From Promethearchaeota archaeon (GTDB taxonomy: Archaea > Asgardarchaeota > Lokiarchaeia > Sigyniarchaeales > SOKP01): a stretch of 64,000 nt of DNA. Below are positions 29,269 to 38,802 of the stretch, piece by piece. The stretch is taken from contig JBHLNF010000010.1 in NCBI GenBank assembly GCA_048937405.1, forward strand, positions 75,764 to 139,763, written 5' to 3'. The notes below the pieces were generated by a model that was not told the DNA's origin, did no database searches, and saw only the letters and a program-made list of their open reading frames with translations. How positions within the stretch are numbered: position 1 is the first letter of the stretch; each line of letters starts with the position of its first letter. The position numbers and the translations under genes were made by a program.

Positions 29269-30459
29269 TCAAGAAATCTTGACAACTTGTGGGTTTAACA
29301 CCAAACCCTGTATCCCATCATCATTTATGGAATTTGGGAATGCTTTCTTCATGATGTTATATCCTGCATTCACATCGGCATTAATAAGCGTTCCATTGTG
29401 AGATTTGAATAATCCTCTTTGAATTCTCTTACCTGCATACGTGGAATGTCTCTTGATTTCTTCTCCATCTAAAAACGAGCATTTACTAGTATAACTCTCA
29501 TCTATTAACACTACATCAATTCCAATCAACTTTCCTTTATAAGAAATTTGCTGAAATAATTTATTGAAAGGAATTTGAACAAATTTTTGATTATTTATCC
29601 TCCCTATATTGCATTTTTGCTTCCAACATTCGTTATGTCCAATTACTACCATCCCTATTTCATTTTCTTTACAATATTTAATCACATTCTTAGAGATCTT
29701 GTGAAAGTAATCTATAATCTTGTTATTTCTCTTCAAGTGTAATCTCCTAATCCTTTTTGTATCTATAAGATTACCCTTCTTACTTTCAATGCTTCTATAT
29801 CGTGCTAATTGTTTGTTGTAATAATGATTTACAGATTTGACATTCCCACCTTTAACAATAAAAGGCTTCAAACCTTTATTATTTACAGCAGTTATGAGAT
29901 TGTTCAAACCCAAATCAATGCTTAATACAGCATCCTTATTCAAACCTAAATCTTTTACTTCTCTCTCGTATATTATTTCGATTTTATATATATCCCCTAA
30001 CGGTATAATCCTAACCTGTTGAAATTGTTTAATGCGAGTCTTAACAGGTTTTAAATCACATTTCTTGGGAAAATGAAGGCACCCATCATCTTTTAATCTT
30101 GCATTCTGATTCGTGAAAATGACAATGGACTCTCCGTCTTTTCTCTTGTATCTTGGTATCTTAGGAACACGTTTAAACTTGAACTTATTCATGTTCCATT
30201 CTCTTTTGGCTCTAAAGTAAGATTTCCAATTCTTAATTACCAACTTTAATACTTGTTGAGAAGTTTGAGCTGGCAAGTTATTATAGCATTTATGATGTTT
30301 TAACATAAAATCTAAATCGTAATAACTGAGAAAATTACCCAGTTTGAAGAACTCTTGTCTATAATACCAATTAGATAAATTATATAAATTCTTAGCTAAG
30401 TGGCACAGTTTAGATAGTTCCTTTGATTTCTTTATCTGGATGATCTCAGTTAATTTCAT
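29269..30459 (-). CDS. tnpB: TnpB RNA-guided endonuclease
   Basis: RuvC-I SIDLGLNN, VVIGHN at the RuvC-II position, DESYTSKC, RGLF and RuvC-III NADVNA. Confidence 0.93.
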   Translation of the reverse strand: MKLTEIIQIKKSKELSKLCHLAKNLYNLSNWYYRQEFFKLGNFLSYYDLDFMLKHHKCYNNLPAQTSQQVLKLVIKNWKSYFRAKREWNMNKFKFKRVPKIPRYKRKDGESIVIFTNQNARLKDDGCLHFPKKCDLKPVKTRIKQFQQVRIIPLGDIYKIEIIYEREVKDLGLNKDAVLSIDLGLNNLITAVNNKGLKPFIVKGGNVKSVNHYYNKQLARYRSIESKKGNLIDTKRIRRLHLKRNNKIIDYFHKISKNVIKYCKENEIGMVVIGHNECWKQKCNIGRINNQKFVQIPFNKLFQQISYKGKLIGIDVVLIDESYTSKCSFLDGEEIKRHSTYAGKRIQRGLFKSHNGTLINADVNAGYNIMKKAFPNSINDDGIQGLVLNPQVVKIS

Positions 30460-31055
30460 TTAAGCACCATCTTTTGATATTAATTATTGAATTATAGGTC
30501 TTTTTCGTTTACTATACATCTTATTGGTAAAGCAATGCATTAAAGAAATAATCTCGTCCATTACTTCTTGTGAATCTAATTTTTCATTGCCTACTTCAAA
30601 AATTACTATTATTTCACATCCAAGTTGATTAAATAAATATAGAAATAAGCCAAATCCACCCCTAGTAAGTCTATCTTTATAAGTAATAATAATTTTCTTC
30701 ACTTTTTTTGAATGACCTCATTAAGCGTTGTAAAAAACTGATTGCGTCTTTCAAACGATATCCCAGAAGCAGTATCACTAAATAATCCATTCAATTGAAT
30801 ACAGTTTGAAAAACACCAATTTTTAAGTATTTAAATTTGATTTTCTAGATCTTTCTTCTGTTTATTTGTAGAAACTCTTGCATAAGCATAAATCTTTCGT
30901 GGAATATCTTTATTAAAAAATGAATATACTGATTCTTCATCAAAATTCCAATATCTATTAGGTAAACGATTTGCTTTTACAAATCCATTTTCTTTATATT
31001 TATATAATGTAGGCTGTGTAACTTGTAGTAGTTTACAAGCATCTGAAGATTTCAT
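30460..31055 (-). pseudogene. tnpA: IS607 serine recombinase/transposase TnpA, disrupted
   Basis: MerR-like HTH, YARVST..QKKDL..Q, SD.ASG and ITYKDRLTR.GF. In-frame TAA at 30831-30833, frameshift in the A-run at about 30703-30709, and another TAA at 30484-30486 before the likely original stop at 30460. Confidence 0.88.
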
Positions 31056-31166
31056 AATAATTTTATATAAAAGTTGTATATTTAAATCAAAATACTTATG
31101 AGACTTTCTAGTTTTTAGAACCATATAACTGTTGATTTTAAACATATTTACATATGTGTATTAGAT

Positions 31167-32561
31167 TTGTATCATTCCGAATCCGAACCAAATAATCGAA
31201 AAATGTCAAAATTAAATAATGTAACTCCAGATTTTAATTATATGATTCGAATTACTTTTTGGAATGGTTTGGGCTTTATTTTTTTCATGTTTATAAAATC
31301 TTACGTTGTTATTTATTTCTTTGGTGGTTCTGGAATAACACTAGGTATTATTATGGCGTTACAACCTTTTGCTAGACTTATTTCAATGCCTTTAATTGGA
31401 TATTTAACAGATCATAAATCCAAAAAACTATTAGTTTTAATCGGTTCATTGGGTCGAACTTTATCCTACATTTTATACTGGATCTCACTTGTTATTCAAA
31501 ATTTATTTTTATTTGGGGCTGGTACTTTTTGTCAAGGTTTACTAGTAGCTTTTTTTTGGCCACCATTTTTTGCATTACTTTCTGATAAATCTTTTAAAGG
31601 TAGTAGAACTCAGTCTTTAGCTACAGGTAGAGGAAAAATGATTGGATATGGATTTCTTTTGGGGGCTCTCATCAGTATCCCAATTTTTGCTCTAGTATCT
31701 ATTTTTCTTCCAGGAAATATAGCATTGATGTATAGTCCACTATTGATCTTTGCGACAATTAATTTAATCGCAGGACGTCATTTTTATTTGAAAGTAGATG
31801 AAAATCTTACCTTTGAGAAATATTACAATTCTTTAGATGATTCAAATTTAAATCCAATTAATATTGAGCAAGAAAGTGAAATTTTTGAAAATAAAGAGGA
31901 AAAAAATATAAAACAAGATAAAGTATTTTATTTTGGTTTTTTTATTTTGATTCTGGCAATCACGGTTAGTTCTATAACCGCAACAATATATTCGCCATTT
32001 ATCTCAGCATTTTTAATTGAAAATCTTTTACCTAATTTTTCTGAGAGAATAATTCCAATAATAGTAATGATTGTATATTTTCCTGCTCAAGTTATTTCCC
32101 AATTAATAGCACCATCATTAGGAAAAGTATTTGACCGTATTTCTCCTTCATTAAGCATAATTAGTATTGAAATTTTCAAAGCTTTAATGATATGGTTGTT
32201 ACTTTTGGCGTTTTCACCCTATGATTTTGCACTTTTTCTGATATTTTTATATATAGCACTAGAAGCAAGTATATACCTTATCCAAGCAATAATGAGTCGA
32301 ATATCTATAAAACATAGAGGAAAAATATTTGGATTGAATATATGGATTGACCAATTAGGAAGAGTAATTGGTCCTTTAATTGGGGGAATATTATGGGATT
32401 CATTTGGTTATGACATCCCGTTTTTAATCTCAATTTACATTGGTTTATGTTTTATTCCAATTTTTATTTTTGCAATTCGATCATTAGGACCATATATGGT
32501 TGAACAAACTAAAATAGATAAGATTGGAATTATTACTGTGAAAAAAAAAAATCCTAGGTAG
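31167..32561 (+). CDS. MFS transporter
   Basis: About 12 TM helices, GYLTD.K.KK motif A and RG...G......GR.IGPLIGG. Confidence 0.88.
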   Translation: MYHSESEPNNRKMSKLNNVTPDFNYMIRITFWNGLGFIFFMFIKSYVVIYFFGGSGITLGIIMALQPFARLISMPLIGYLTDHKSKKLLVLIGSLGRTLSYILYWISLVIQNLFLFGAGTFCQGLLVAFFWPPFFALLSDKSFKGSRTQSLATGRGKMIGYGFLLGALISIPIFALVSIFLPGNIALMYSPLLIFATINLIAGRHFYLKVDENLTFEKYYNSLDDSNLNPINIEQESEIFENKEEKNIKQDKVFYFGFFILILAITVSSITATIYSPFISAFLIENLLPNFSERIIPIIVMIVYFPAQVISQLIAPSLGKVFDRISPSLSIISIEIFKALMIWLLLLAFSPYDFALFLIFLYIALEASIYLIQAIMSRISIKHRGKIFGLNIWIDQLGRVIGPLIGGILWDSFGYDIPFLISIYIGLCFIPIFIFAIRSLGPYMVEQTKIDKIGIITVKKKNPR

Positions 32562-32614
32562 AAATTTTTCTTACATATTAACTTTAAAGTTTAGTAATAA
32601 TTTAATTTAATATC

Positions 32615-33403
32615 TTGCCAGAACTTCCAGAAGTGGAGACATTCAAGCGATACCTAGATAAAACATCATTGAATCAAACTATTAAAAATATAAAAGTAAC
32701 TGATGATAGAGTTTTAAATATTGATGAGTCTTATCTGAAAAAAACGGTTATTAACAATAAATTTGAATCATCCACCCGACATGGAAAATATATTCTAATA
32801 AATATCGGGAAAAGATATCTTATTTTTCATTTTGGTATGACGGGAGATATAAAATATTTCAATAAGAAAGAACATGAGCCAAAATACAGTAAGGTGATAT
32901 TTCAATTTAATAATGACTTTAACTTAGCATATATTTCTCTTAGAATGTTTGGTAAATTAGATATTGCTGAATCTATTGAAGAATTTAAAAAAAAGAAAAA
33001 ATTAGGACCAGATGCATATAAAATGAATTTCGATCAATTTAAGGAAGCACTAAGAAGGAGAACTGGTATTGTTAAAACGCTCTTATTAGAACAAAGTTTT
33101 GTTGCTGGTATTGGAAATATTTATTCGGATGAAATTCTATTTAAAACGAAGGTGCATCCTAAAACTAAAATAGATTCTCTAAGCGAGAGTAAGATTAATG
33201 AGCTTTATACTAATATTAAAGAAGTATTAAGATTTGGTATTGATAAGAAAGGTGATTTAAATACTTATCCAGACCATTTTCTAATTGCACATCGTAAAAA
33301 GGATGAATATTGTCCAACTTGTAAAAGCGAGATCAAACGTCTTGAAATATCTGGAAGACATGGGTTTTATTGTCCAAATTGTCAAAAAGAAGGAAATTCT
33401 TGA
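32615..33403 (+). CDS. mutM: Fpg/Nei family DNA glycosylase (formamidopyrimidine-DNA glycosylase)
   Basis: N-terminal PELPEVE, RHGK, HFGMTG, H2TH GIGNIYSDEILF and C-terminal CPTC...R...CPNCQ Zn finger. Confidence 0.93.
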   Translation: MPELPEVETFKRYLDKTSLNQTIKNIKVTDDRVLNIDESYLKKTVINNKFESSTRHGKYILINIGKRYLIFHFGMTGDIKYFNKKEHEPKYSKVIFQFNNDFNLAYISLRMFGKLDIAESIEEFKKKKKLGPDAYKMNFDQFKEALRRRTGIVKTLLLEQSFVAGIGNIYSDEILFKTKVHPKTKIDSLSESKINELYTNIKEVLRFGIDKKGDLNTYPDHFLIAHRKKDEYCPTCKSEIKRLEISGRHGFYCPNCQKEGNS

Positions 33404-33531
33404 ATATATTAATATTTAATTAAGAGCTCTCTTTTAGTTTTAAGAAATACAAAAGAAATTTTATTTTTTATACCATCTAGTAGAATTTTTAATACTTGAA
33501 AAAAACATGAAAAAAGGTTTAATGATCTTTT

Positions 33532-34407
33532 TTATCTTCCCTTCTGTTTGTAAATGTACATAATAATCTCAACAAATAAAATAACAGTTAACCCAATTAA
33601 GATAAATATATATTGATTCGGAATTCGCTCATTCTCTGGAATGTAATCACCAGCTATAAACTTAACAAGTTTTAGTCCCCCATATAAAAATTCATAATTT
33701 GAAAGAACACCTTTTGAATTATAGTTAACTTTTATATTTATAGCGGCACTATTGTTTTCAAATCCTAAAGGTGGGACATAGATTAAGAAGCCATTTGATT
33801 GTGCTGTAGCAGAAATATTTTTATACAGTCCTCCCCTAGAACTCATTACTGCGGGGATTTCATTTACAAATATTGACCAGTCAATAGATATAGGTGCAAA
33901 AAGAACACGAAACATAGCAGCATAGGGACTAAACCAGCGATTTAAATTAAAAGATTGTCGTAAGAAACTTGATGTATCGTTTACTATATGCCATGTCTGG
34001 TCCCATTCATCAGTATAATCTGGTGTAATTTCCCATTTCAATTTACCATATATTGGGGTAGATGTAACTGTTGTATTATCATAAGGAGGATAAAATGGAC
34101 CAATTTGTTCAACACCAATATCATTGACGGTAAGTTGCCAATTTGATTGCGGTGGTTCAAGAGTCCTCCAATCATAATAGACAAAATTCAAGTTAGAGTC
34201 TCCTAATGGTATAAGATTTTCCAATATAGCTCCTAAATCATCTTCCATATATGCCTTCCAGTTTTCTGTATATACACTAAGAGTCCATTCATATTCATCA
34301 CCATTTTTTATTCCAACATAAGAATCTTGGGCATTACAAATTCTTATGAAAGGGATTAAGAGAAAAATTCCAAGAAGAACAAAACTCGCGACTTTTCTTT
34401 TCATCAA
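33532..34407 (-). CDS. Secreted/surface protein with signal peptide and C-terminal TM anchor
   Basis: Basic + hydrophobic N-terminus, YVGI..GD.Y.W domain start, C-terminal TM plus basic tail. Confidence 0.75.
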   Translation of the reverse strand: MMKRKVASFVLLGIFLLIPFIRICNAQDSYVGIKNGDEYEWTLSVYTENWKAYMEDDLGAILENLIPLGDSNLNFVYYDWRTLEPPQSNWQLTVNDIGVEQIGPFYPPYDNTTVTSTPIYGKLKWEITPDYTDEWDQTWHIVNDTSSFLRQSFNLNRWFSPYAAMFRVLFAPISIDWSIFVNEIPAVMSSRGGLYKNISATAQSNGFLIYVPPLGFENNSAAINIKVNYNSKGVLSNYEFLYGGLKLVKFIAGDYIPENERIPNQYIFILIGLTVILFVEIIMYIYKQKGR

Positions 34408-34467
34408 ACTTTATCATCTCTTTTTTTATTCATTAAAATTTATCAAAAATTATCTAAATAAAAAAAA

Positions 34468-35238
34468 TTAAGCTTTACCGTACTTTTTGAATAATATAAT
34501 TCCTCCAATAAATATCACAAGACTGAACATTATAAGTATTATCAAATCCCACCAAATCCTTAAATTACTTAGAGCAACACCATTAAATAGGAGAGTTAAA
34601 GCATCAGATACATAATACAATGGCATGAACATACCAATTAATTGTGTTTCGGGGGGTAAGGGGTATAAACCCGAAGCAAGCATCTGTTGTGGAAACATAA
34701 AAATCCAGACAATCCCCCCTGCAGCTTTAGGATTCTTTGCAATAGTTGCTGTTAATAATCCAAAGCCAATGGAGGATAGAGAGAAAACTATCATAAACAC
34801 AAACGCAAGGGTAATCCCCGCAATTGCTCCATCAGGACGATATCCTAATAGAAAAGAGATAATACCAACTATTATTACTTGGATAATCGCCATACACATA
34901 TTTGATATCACATGACTTCCCATGAATTCTACCGCCGTCATGGGCGTCGTATTGATTCTTTTTAACAATCCTTGTTCTCGATCTTCTGAAAAAGATAAAG
35001 CAACAGGCATTGCCATGAAAAGCGCGCTAATAGCAAATAATCCAGGAACCATAAAATCAAAAATGTTCCCTGTTTGTCCTGTCCAACCATAGTCTTCAAC
35101 AACTACTGACCCAAACGCAAGTCCCATTGTCAGTGTTAGTGCTATGGGGAGTAAAAGTATTATAAACAATGCTGTTGGTACCCTTATAAGAGCTTTAAAC
35201 TGTAATTTTACGAGAGCTAAAATTCTTTGGCGTTTCAT
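34468..35238 (-). CDS. ABC-2 type transporter permease
   Basis: DRE.G.LKR..TTP, SG..P and PL.Y..DAL motifs; 6 TM. Confidence 0.9.
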   Translation of the reverse strand: MKRQRILALVKLQFKALIRVPTALFIILLLPIALTLTMGLAFGSVVVEDYGWTGQTGNIFDFMVPGLFAISALFMAMPVALSFSEDREQGLLKRINTTPMTAVEFMGSHVISNMCMAIIQVIIVGIISFLLGYRPDGAIAGITLAFVFMIVFSLSSIGFGLLTATIAKNPKAAGGIVWIFMFPQQMLASGLYPLPPETQLIGMFMPLYYVSDALTLLFNGVALSNLRIWWDLIILIMFSLVIFIGGIILFKKYGKA

Positions 35239-35240
35239 TT

Positions 35241-36050
35241 TTAAAATCCCTCCAAGATTCTTCTTCCTGTAATTTTCATGAAGACTTCCTCCAAATCTTT
35301 AGCACTATGCTTCTCGATTAATTCTTTTGGTGATCCTATAGCAATTAATTTACCGTAATCGATTATAGCTACCCTATCACAAAGTGCTTCTGCTTCTTCA
35401 ATATAATGTGTCGTTAAGATAATGGTTTTATTCTGTTCTTTTAATGAACCAATAAATTTCCAAGTTGTACGCCTGACTCGTGGGTCCATTCCGACCGTAG
35501 GCTCATCTAAAAATACAATAGGAGGATCACTTATCAAAGCTATAATAAGATTTAATTGCCGTATCATTCCACCACTATAATTTTTTGCTTTTCTATTACT
35601 AGCTTCTAGTAAGCCTAATAAATCTAGAAATCTATCCATCCTTTCATATATCTTCTCTTTTTTCACGAGATGTAAATTTCCGAAAAATTCGATATTTTCC
35701 TTAGCATTTAAAAATTTATATACTGCTGCTTCTTGTGGACATACGCCAATTAATTCCTTGATCTTGTTGAGGTCTTTTTTAACATTATATCCTCCTACAA
35801 AAGCGTCTCCTTCAGTTTGGTTTATTAAACCACACAAAATGTTTATTGTAGTGGTTTTTCCTGCCCCATTTGGTCCTAAAAGCCCAAAAATCTCCCCTAT
35901 GTTGATTGAAAATGATATTCCATCAACAGCTTTGACTTCCTTGATAACCTTCTTGCCGGCATAAATTTTTCTCAAATCTTTGACTTCAATGGCATTCGGA
36001 TTATCAGATCCAAATGTTAATTCATTGATTTTTGATTTTGATTTTGACAT
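35241..36050 (-). CDS. ABC transporter ATP-binding protein (DrrA-like)
   Basis: GPNGAGKTT, YSGGM, FLDEPT and LTTHY motifs. Confidence 0.95.
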   Translation of the reverse strand: MSKSKSKINELTFGSDNPNAIEVKDLRKIYAGKKVIKEVKAVDGISFSINIGEIFGLLGPNGAGKTTTINILCGLINQTEGDAFVGGYNVKKDLNKIKELIGVCPQEAAVYKFLNAKENIEFFGNLHLVKKEKIYERMDRFLDLLGLLEASNRKAKNYSGGMIRQLNLIIALISDPPIVFLDEPTVGMDPRVRRTTWKFIGSLKEQNKTIILTTHYIEEAEALCDRVAIIDYGKLIAIGSPKELIEKHSAKDLEEVFMKITGRRILEGF

Positions 36051-36186
36051 TTTTTTAGAATCATATAAATTTTTATAATTTTACTTAAATTAGGTTTAAT
36101 AGTTGTTTAATTTATTACTTAAATTGTTTTTTTTTTTTAATTATAATAGAACCTTTAAAGAATGTAAAAGAAGAAATATAAAAAAG

Positions 36187-36648
36187 CTATTTTAAAAAAT
36201 CTTTTAAGATTGAGATAAAACCTTCAATTTTTGCATCAGTACCCTCTATAGCGGGACCCTCTGGTTTTTGCATTTTTATTTCAAGATATTCAGGACAGAT
36301 ATCCTCAACACAACCGATTTTTCCAAGAGTCTTTTTTATTCCTTTAATGAAGAATTTTTTCCAACCCAAAGCATGAGTAGAAAAATAAGCAACTTTCGAA
36401 ATTGGTTTTTTGATGACTTTATCCATATTACTAACAAATTTTCGTATTTCCTTATCTGAACTAAAAGCAATAATTCGAACTGCTATGATCAAACCATAAG
36501 GCTCGTCTTGGGTGATATCTTCAGGGCTAATATTTTTAATGCTACCAACACTTACATAATATTCATCTTTTAATCCCTCAGCAAGTTGTTTTGAAATCTT
36601 TTCAGAATTCCCATGCAGAGAGTTATGAATTATCCAAATCTTTTTCAT
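36187..36648 (-). CDS. Flavodoxin-like protein
   Basis: IIHNSLHGNSEKIS (S..GNT-type FMN loop) and KVAYFST. Confidence 0.7.
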   Translation of the reverse strand: MKKIWIIHNSLHGNSEKISKQLAEGLKDEYYVSVGSIKNISPEDITQDEPYGLIIAVRIIAFSSDKEIRKFVSNMDKVIKKPISKVAYFSTHALGWKKFFIKGIKKTLGKIGCVEDICPEYLEIKMQKPEGPAIEGTDAKIEGFISILKDFLK

Positions 36649-36948
36649 TTTTTATACCTCAAATTTGTATTAAAATGCATTTTATTTATAATATGGGAAA
36701 AAGTAAATTCTATATGAAATTTCAATAGTCCATTTTTTATTCATATCTATCTTTTTTTCCCAAGTCTAATTTGTGGAATCCTTTTACCATATCATAATTC
36801 TATGCATATCCATTGATCTTCATTTAATGATATGGATTGAAATTTTAAAATTTGAATTTCCAAAATGAAAAAATTTATGAGATATTTAAAATAACATTTA
36901 TTAAGAACCAATAGTTTTTGATTTCAATAAAGCTAAAAACGGGTTAAA

Positions 36949-37794
36949 ATGGATAAAGAAAAATTATTATATTGTTTAAATTGTGGTAAAGAATTTACAG
37001 CAGAAAACAAATCAGGTAGTCACTTTTGTGCTGAATGTGTTTTAGGTTTAAATTTTCAAATTACAGAATTAAAGCATGAAGAAATAGATAAATATCTACA
37101 GAGAATCTTAGATTTTTTTATTTCAGATGTAAATGTTGCTTTTAATAAAGATCCAGCGGCAAAATCTCTCATTGAGGTCTTAACAAGTTATCCTGGGATA
37201 AAAGCGATTCTTTTATATCGTATTGCGCATTTTTTTTGGAAAATTGGAATGCCATTTATCCCTAGATATATATCTGAAATTGCACGGGAGTTAACTGGTA
37301 TTGAGATTCATCCTGGTGCGGAAATAGGTGGTGATTTTTTTATTGATCATGGGACAGGTTGTGTTATTGGGGAAACTACAGAAATTGGTAATAATGTCAC
37401 CATATTTTCAGGTGTAGTTTTTGGAGGAACCAATATCAATCCGGTTAAGAGGCACCCTACTTTAGGAAATAATATTGTTGTGGGTACAGGAGCAAAAATT
37501 CTAGGACCTGTCAAAATTGGAGATAATGTAAAAGTTGGAGCAAATTCCGTGGTAGTGAATGATGTACCACCAAATTCAGTAGTAGTGGGTGTACCAGGTA
37601 AAGTTATTACAAGAGAGGGTGAAAAAATTGAGAAGATAGATTTACGTCATGGCGACTTACCTGATCCCCTCACTCTTACTATAAAGACTTTAGATAATAG
37701 AATAAAAGAATTGGAAAATAAGATTTTAACCCAAAAGGAAAAGAAAAAGGAAGATTTTGAAATCTTTTTTGGGGAATATGGAGAGGGAATTTAG
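36949..37794 (+). CDS. cysE: Serine O-acetyltransferase with N-terminal Zn-ribbon
   Basis: DPAA, YPG, TGIEIHPGA.IG..FFIDHG.G.VIGET and RHPTLG hexapeptide repeats. Upstream of cysK. Confidence 0.93.
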   Translation: MDKEKLLYCLNCGKEFTAENKSGSHFCAECVLGLNFQITELKHEEIDKYLQRILDFFISDVNVAFNKDPAAKSLIEVLTSYPGIKAILLYRIAHFFWKIGMPFIPRYISEIARELTGIEIHPGAEIGGDFFIDHGTGCVIGETTEIGNNVTIFSGVVFGGTNINPVKRHPTLGNNIVVGTGAKILGPVKIGDNVKVGANSVVVNDVPPNSVVVGVPGKVITREGEKIEKIDLRHGDLPDPLTLTIKTLDNRIKELENKILTQKEKKKEDFEIFFGEYGEGI

Positions 37795-37825
37795 TATTTA
37801 TTAAAGGAAATTTTAAAAGCTTTGT

Positions 37826-38761
37826 GTGAGGTTTATGGGAGTATATAATAATATAATTGAAACAATAGGGAACACTCCGTTAGTAAAATTTAACAAGATT
37901 GCAAAAGATATCAAACCTTCTATTTATGGAAAATTAGAGTATTTTAATCCGGGAGGTAGTGTGAAAGATAGAATTGGAATGTCAATGATACAAAAAGCTG
38001 AAGAAGAAGGTGTGATTTCTCAAGATACGATTATTGTGGAACCAACTTCAGGAAACACAGGAATAGGATTAGCGCTTGTTTGTGCAGCAAAAGGATATCA
38101 ATTAATTCTTACAATGCCCGATAACATGTCTATTGAAAGACAAAAGATATTGAAAGCATATGGTGCTAAAATTGAATTAACTCCTGCTTCGGGGGGCTTA
38201 AAAGCTGCAATTGAAAAAGCAGAAGAATTAAAAAAGGAAAGAGGAAATGTATTCATTCCTCAGCAGTTTAAAAACTCAGCTAATCCAGAGATTCATAGAA
38301 AAACAACAGCTAAAGAAATTTTTAACGATTTAGCCGGACACGTTGATGGATTTGTAGCAGGAGTCGGAACAGGTGGAACTTTAACGGGGATTGGTGAAAT
38401 TTTAAAAGACAGAGTTGGAGCAAGATTAAAAATCTATGCTGTGGAACCAAAAGATTCACCTGTATTGTCTGGTGGAACTTCTGGTCCTCATAAAATTCAG
38501 GGAATTGGGGCAGGATTCATTCCGGATGTATTAAATAGAGATATTATCGATAAGATAATAACAGTTAAATATGAAGATGCTATTCAAACTGCTAGAAAAT
38601 TGGCTCGATTAGAGGGTATCTTCGTTGGGATATCCTCTGGAGCAAATGCGTGGGCGGCGTTGTATGAAGCTTCAAAAGATTTTGATAAAGGAGATAATAT
38701 AGTTACAATTATGTGTGATACGGGAGAAAGATATCTCACAACCGAATTATTCGAGGCCTAA
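37826..38761 (+). CDS. cysK: Cysteine synthase A
   Basis: IGNTP, KLE.FNPGGSVKDR, EPTSGNTG, GVGTGGT, HKIQGIGAG and DTGERY. Confidence 0.96.
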   Translation: MRFMGVYNNIIETIGNTPLVKFNKIAKDIKPSIYGKLEYFNPGGSVKDRIGMSMIQKAEEEGVISQDTIIVEPTSGNTGIGLALVCAAKGYQLILTMPDNMSIERQKILKAYGAKIELTPASGGLKAAIEKAEELKKERGNVFIPQQFKNSANPEIHRKTTAKEIFNDLAGHVDGFVAGVGTGGTLTGIGEILKDRVGARLKIYAVEPKDSPVLSGGTSGPHKIQGIGAGFIPDVLNRDIIDKIITVKYEDAIQTARKLARLEGIFVGISSGANAWAALYEASKDFDKGDNIVTIMCDTGERYLTTELFEA

Positions 38762-38802
38762 TAATCTACAATTATATCTTACTCAAAATTTTTCGTTATT
38801 TT

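Larger units (their letters stand above)
29226..31129 (-). mobile_element. IS607-family element (tnpA pseudogene + tnpB)
   Basis: Serine-recombinase tnpA abutting tnpB. Ends are estimated from inverted GTTAT...AAAACTAG motifs at 29226-29239 (+) and 31129-31108 (-); boundaries are approximate. Confidence 0.8.

Noticed and set aside
30831-31145. ORF-track 104-aa protein as an intact gene
   Set aside because: It is the 5' fragment of tnpA. The real start is ATG 31055, and the extension crosses the predicted element end.
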